From Antedon mediterranea (lineage: Eukaryota; Animalia; Echinodermata): DNA of 64,000 nt. Of the stretch, positions 63,000-64,000 are shown piece by piece. Numbering within the stretch: position 1 is the stretch's first letter; each line of letters opens with the position of its first letter. Below the pieces are notes generated by a model, which did not search any database, was not told the origin of the DNA, and saw nothing but the letters and a program-made list of their open reading frames with translations. The stretch lies in contig NC_092673.1 in the NCBI RefSeq assembly GCF_964355755.1, positions 11,690,948-11,754,947 on the forward strand, in the 5' to 3' direction. The position numbers were made by a program, and so were the translations under genes.

Positions 63000-63340
63000 T
63001 GTTAAACAAAACGGAAAACTTTACATCAAAGAACAAACAAAACAAAAGTCAGGGAAAAATACTACTGTGCAAGGATACTTATGCCTACCACTTATGAAAA
63101 AGAAGTTTACAATGACATTTTTTTATCCTTTCCATTTTTACTGTTGGAATGCAACATTCTTTAACTTGCCTTAAATTGTATCTAGATTTAGGTGCTTTTG
63201 GCAAAAGATGGTGATAGTCTATGGGAAGGGTCTTTAAGTTTCTGAAAGTAGTCCTTGCACACTGTCTCAAGGACCATCTTGTGAGCTGTGTTATTTCTTG
63301 TAGGAAAATTGTTGACACATTTAATTCTTTGCTCAGATGT
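63000..63340 (-). mobile_element. Degenerate LINE 3' fragment; boundaries approximate
   Basis: VCKDYFQKLKDPSHRL../HHLLPKAPKSRYNLR...IPTVKMERIKK resembles the C-terminus of CR1/L2/Rex ORF2. Confidence 0.5.
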
Positions 63341-64000
63341 TTTAACATCTGAGCAAAGGTTATGGTTATATATCTCGGTATCTTTATTTAAAAAATTACA
63401 AAAAACAATGACATATAAAAATGCAGCACAAATGGTAAATTGACATATTTTATACACAAAAAAGAGAATAAAAAATTACAGTGACAATTCAAATTATCAA
63501 AGGAAAAATGTATAAAAATATATGTCAATAAACAAATAGGTTCCAATTGGTGAGCCCCAATATTTAGTTGTTTACTTAATACTATTTTCTAATAATTTCA
63601 TTAAGTAGATCAGTTTTTGCCACAGGAATTTCATTTTTCCTTTTATTCCATTAATGAAACATTTGTTGATTTTGGTAGCCAGTGATTAAAACATTTATTT
63701 TTGCTTATTTTTTTTGCAAAACGTATGCACAGGTTTCTCCTGCGTTGAGAAAGGGTCTATAAATTTAATGTGCCTGTTGGTAGTTATCATAGTTTTTGGC
63801 AAGAATAAACCTACAGATACGTTTCTGCACCCTTTCAAGCGAAACATCAAGTTTTACAGAAAGCCAACCGCATATTCTAAAATAGGGCGAATATAGCCCA
63901 AGTAAACACTTAATAATCATTGTTAAAACTAAATTCTTTTAATTTTCTTAGCATAAACATTTTTTTATTTGCTTTTTATATCATTTGGTCAACGTAGCAG

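Overview
AT-rich animal genomic DNA with spliceosomal introns, from an invertebrate. An echinoderm-like origin is my inference from the repeat content and frequent TAGGCCTA motifs, not something the sequence proves. Three conserved multi-exon genes can be reconstructed in frame. PPP6C (protein phosphatase 6 catalytic subunit, + strand, 4429-10987) has its first coding exon outside the window. RO60/TROVE2 (- strand, CDS 21255-15497, 553 aa) probably has a non-coding first exon ending at 25708. FPGS (folylpolyglutamate synthase, - strand, 62456-43210) also starts outside the window. Between RO60 and FPGS lies an unrecognised spliced gene for a ~211-aa secreted precursor with ~13 Trp-periodic SSFDW pentapeptides. 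Other highlights are a U12-type AT-AC intron inside PPP6C, a Y-RNA-like sequence upstream of RO60, and a decayed BEN-domain ORF. Introns and intergenic DNA hold many LINE fragments (CR1/L2, RTE, Rex-Babar), a Gypsy fragment, a tRNA-SINE, Helitron/Helentron-type elements and MITE/foldback elements. Most short ORFs in the supplied track are spurious.
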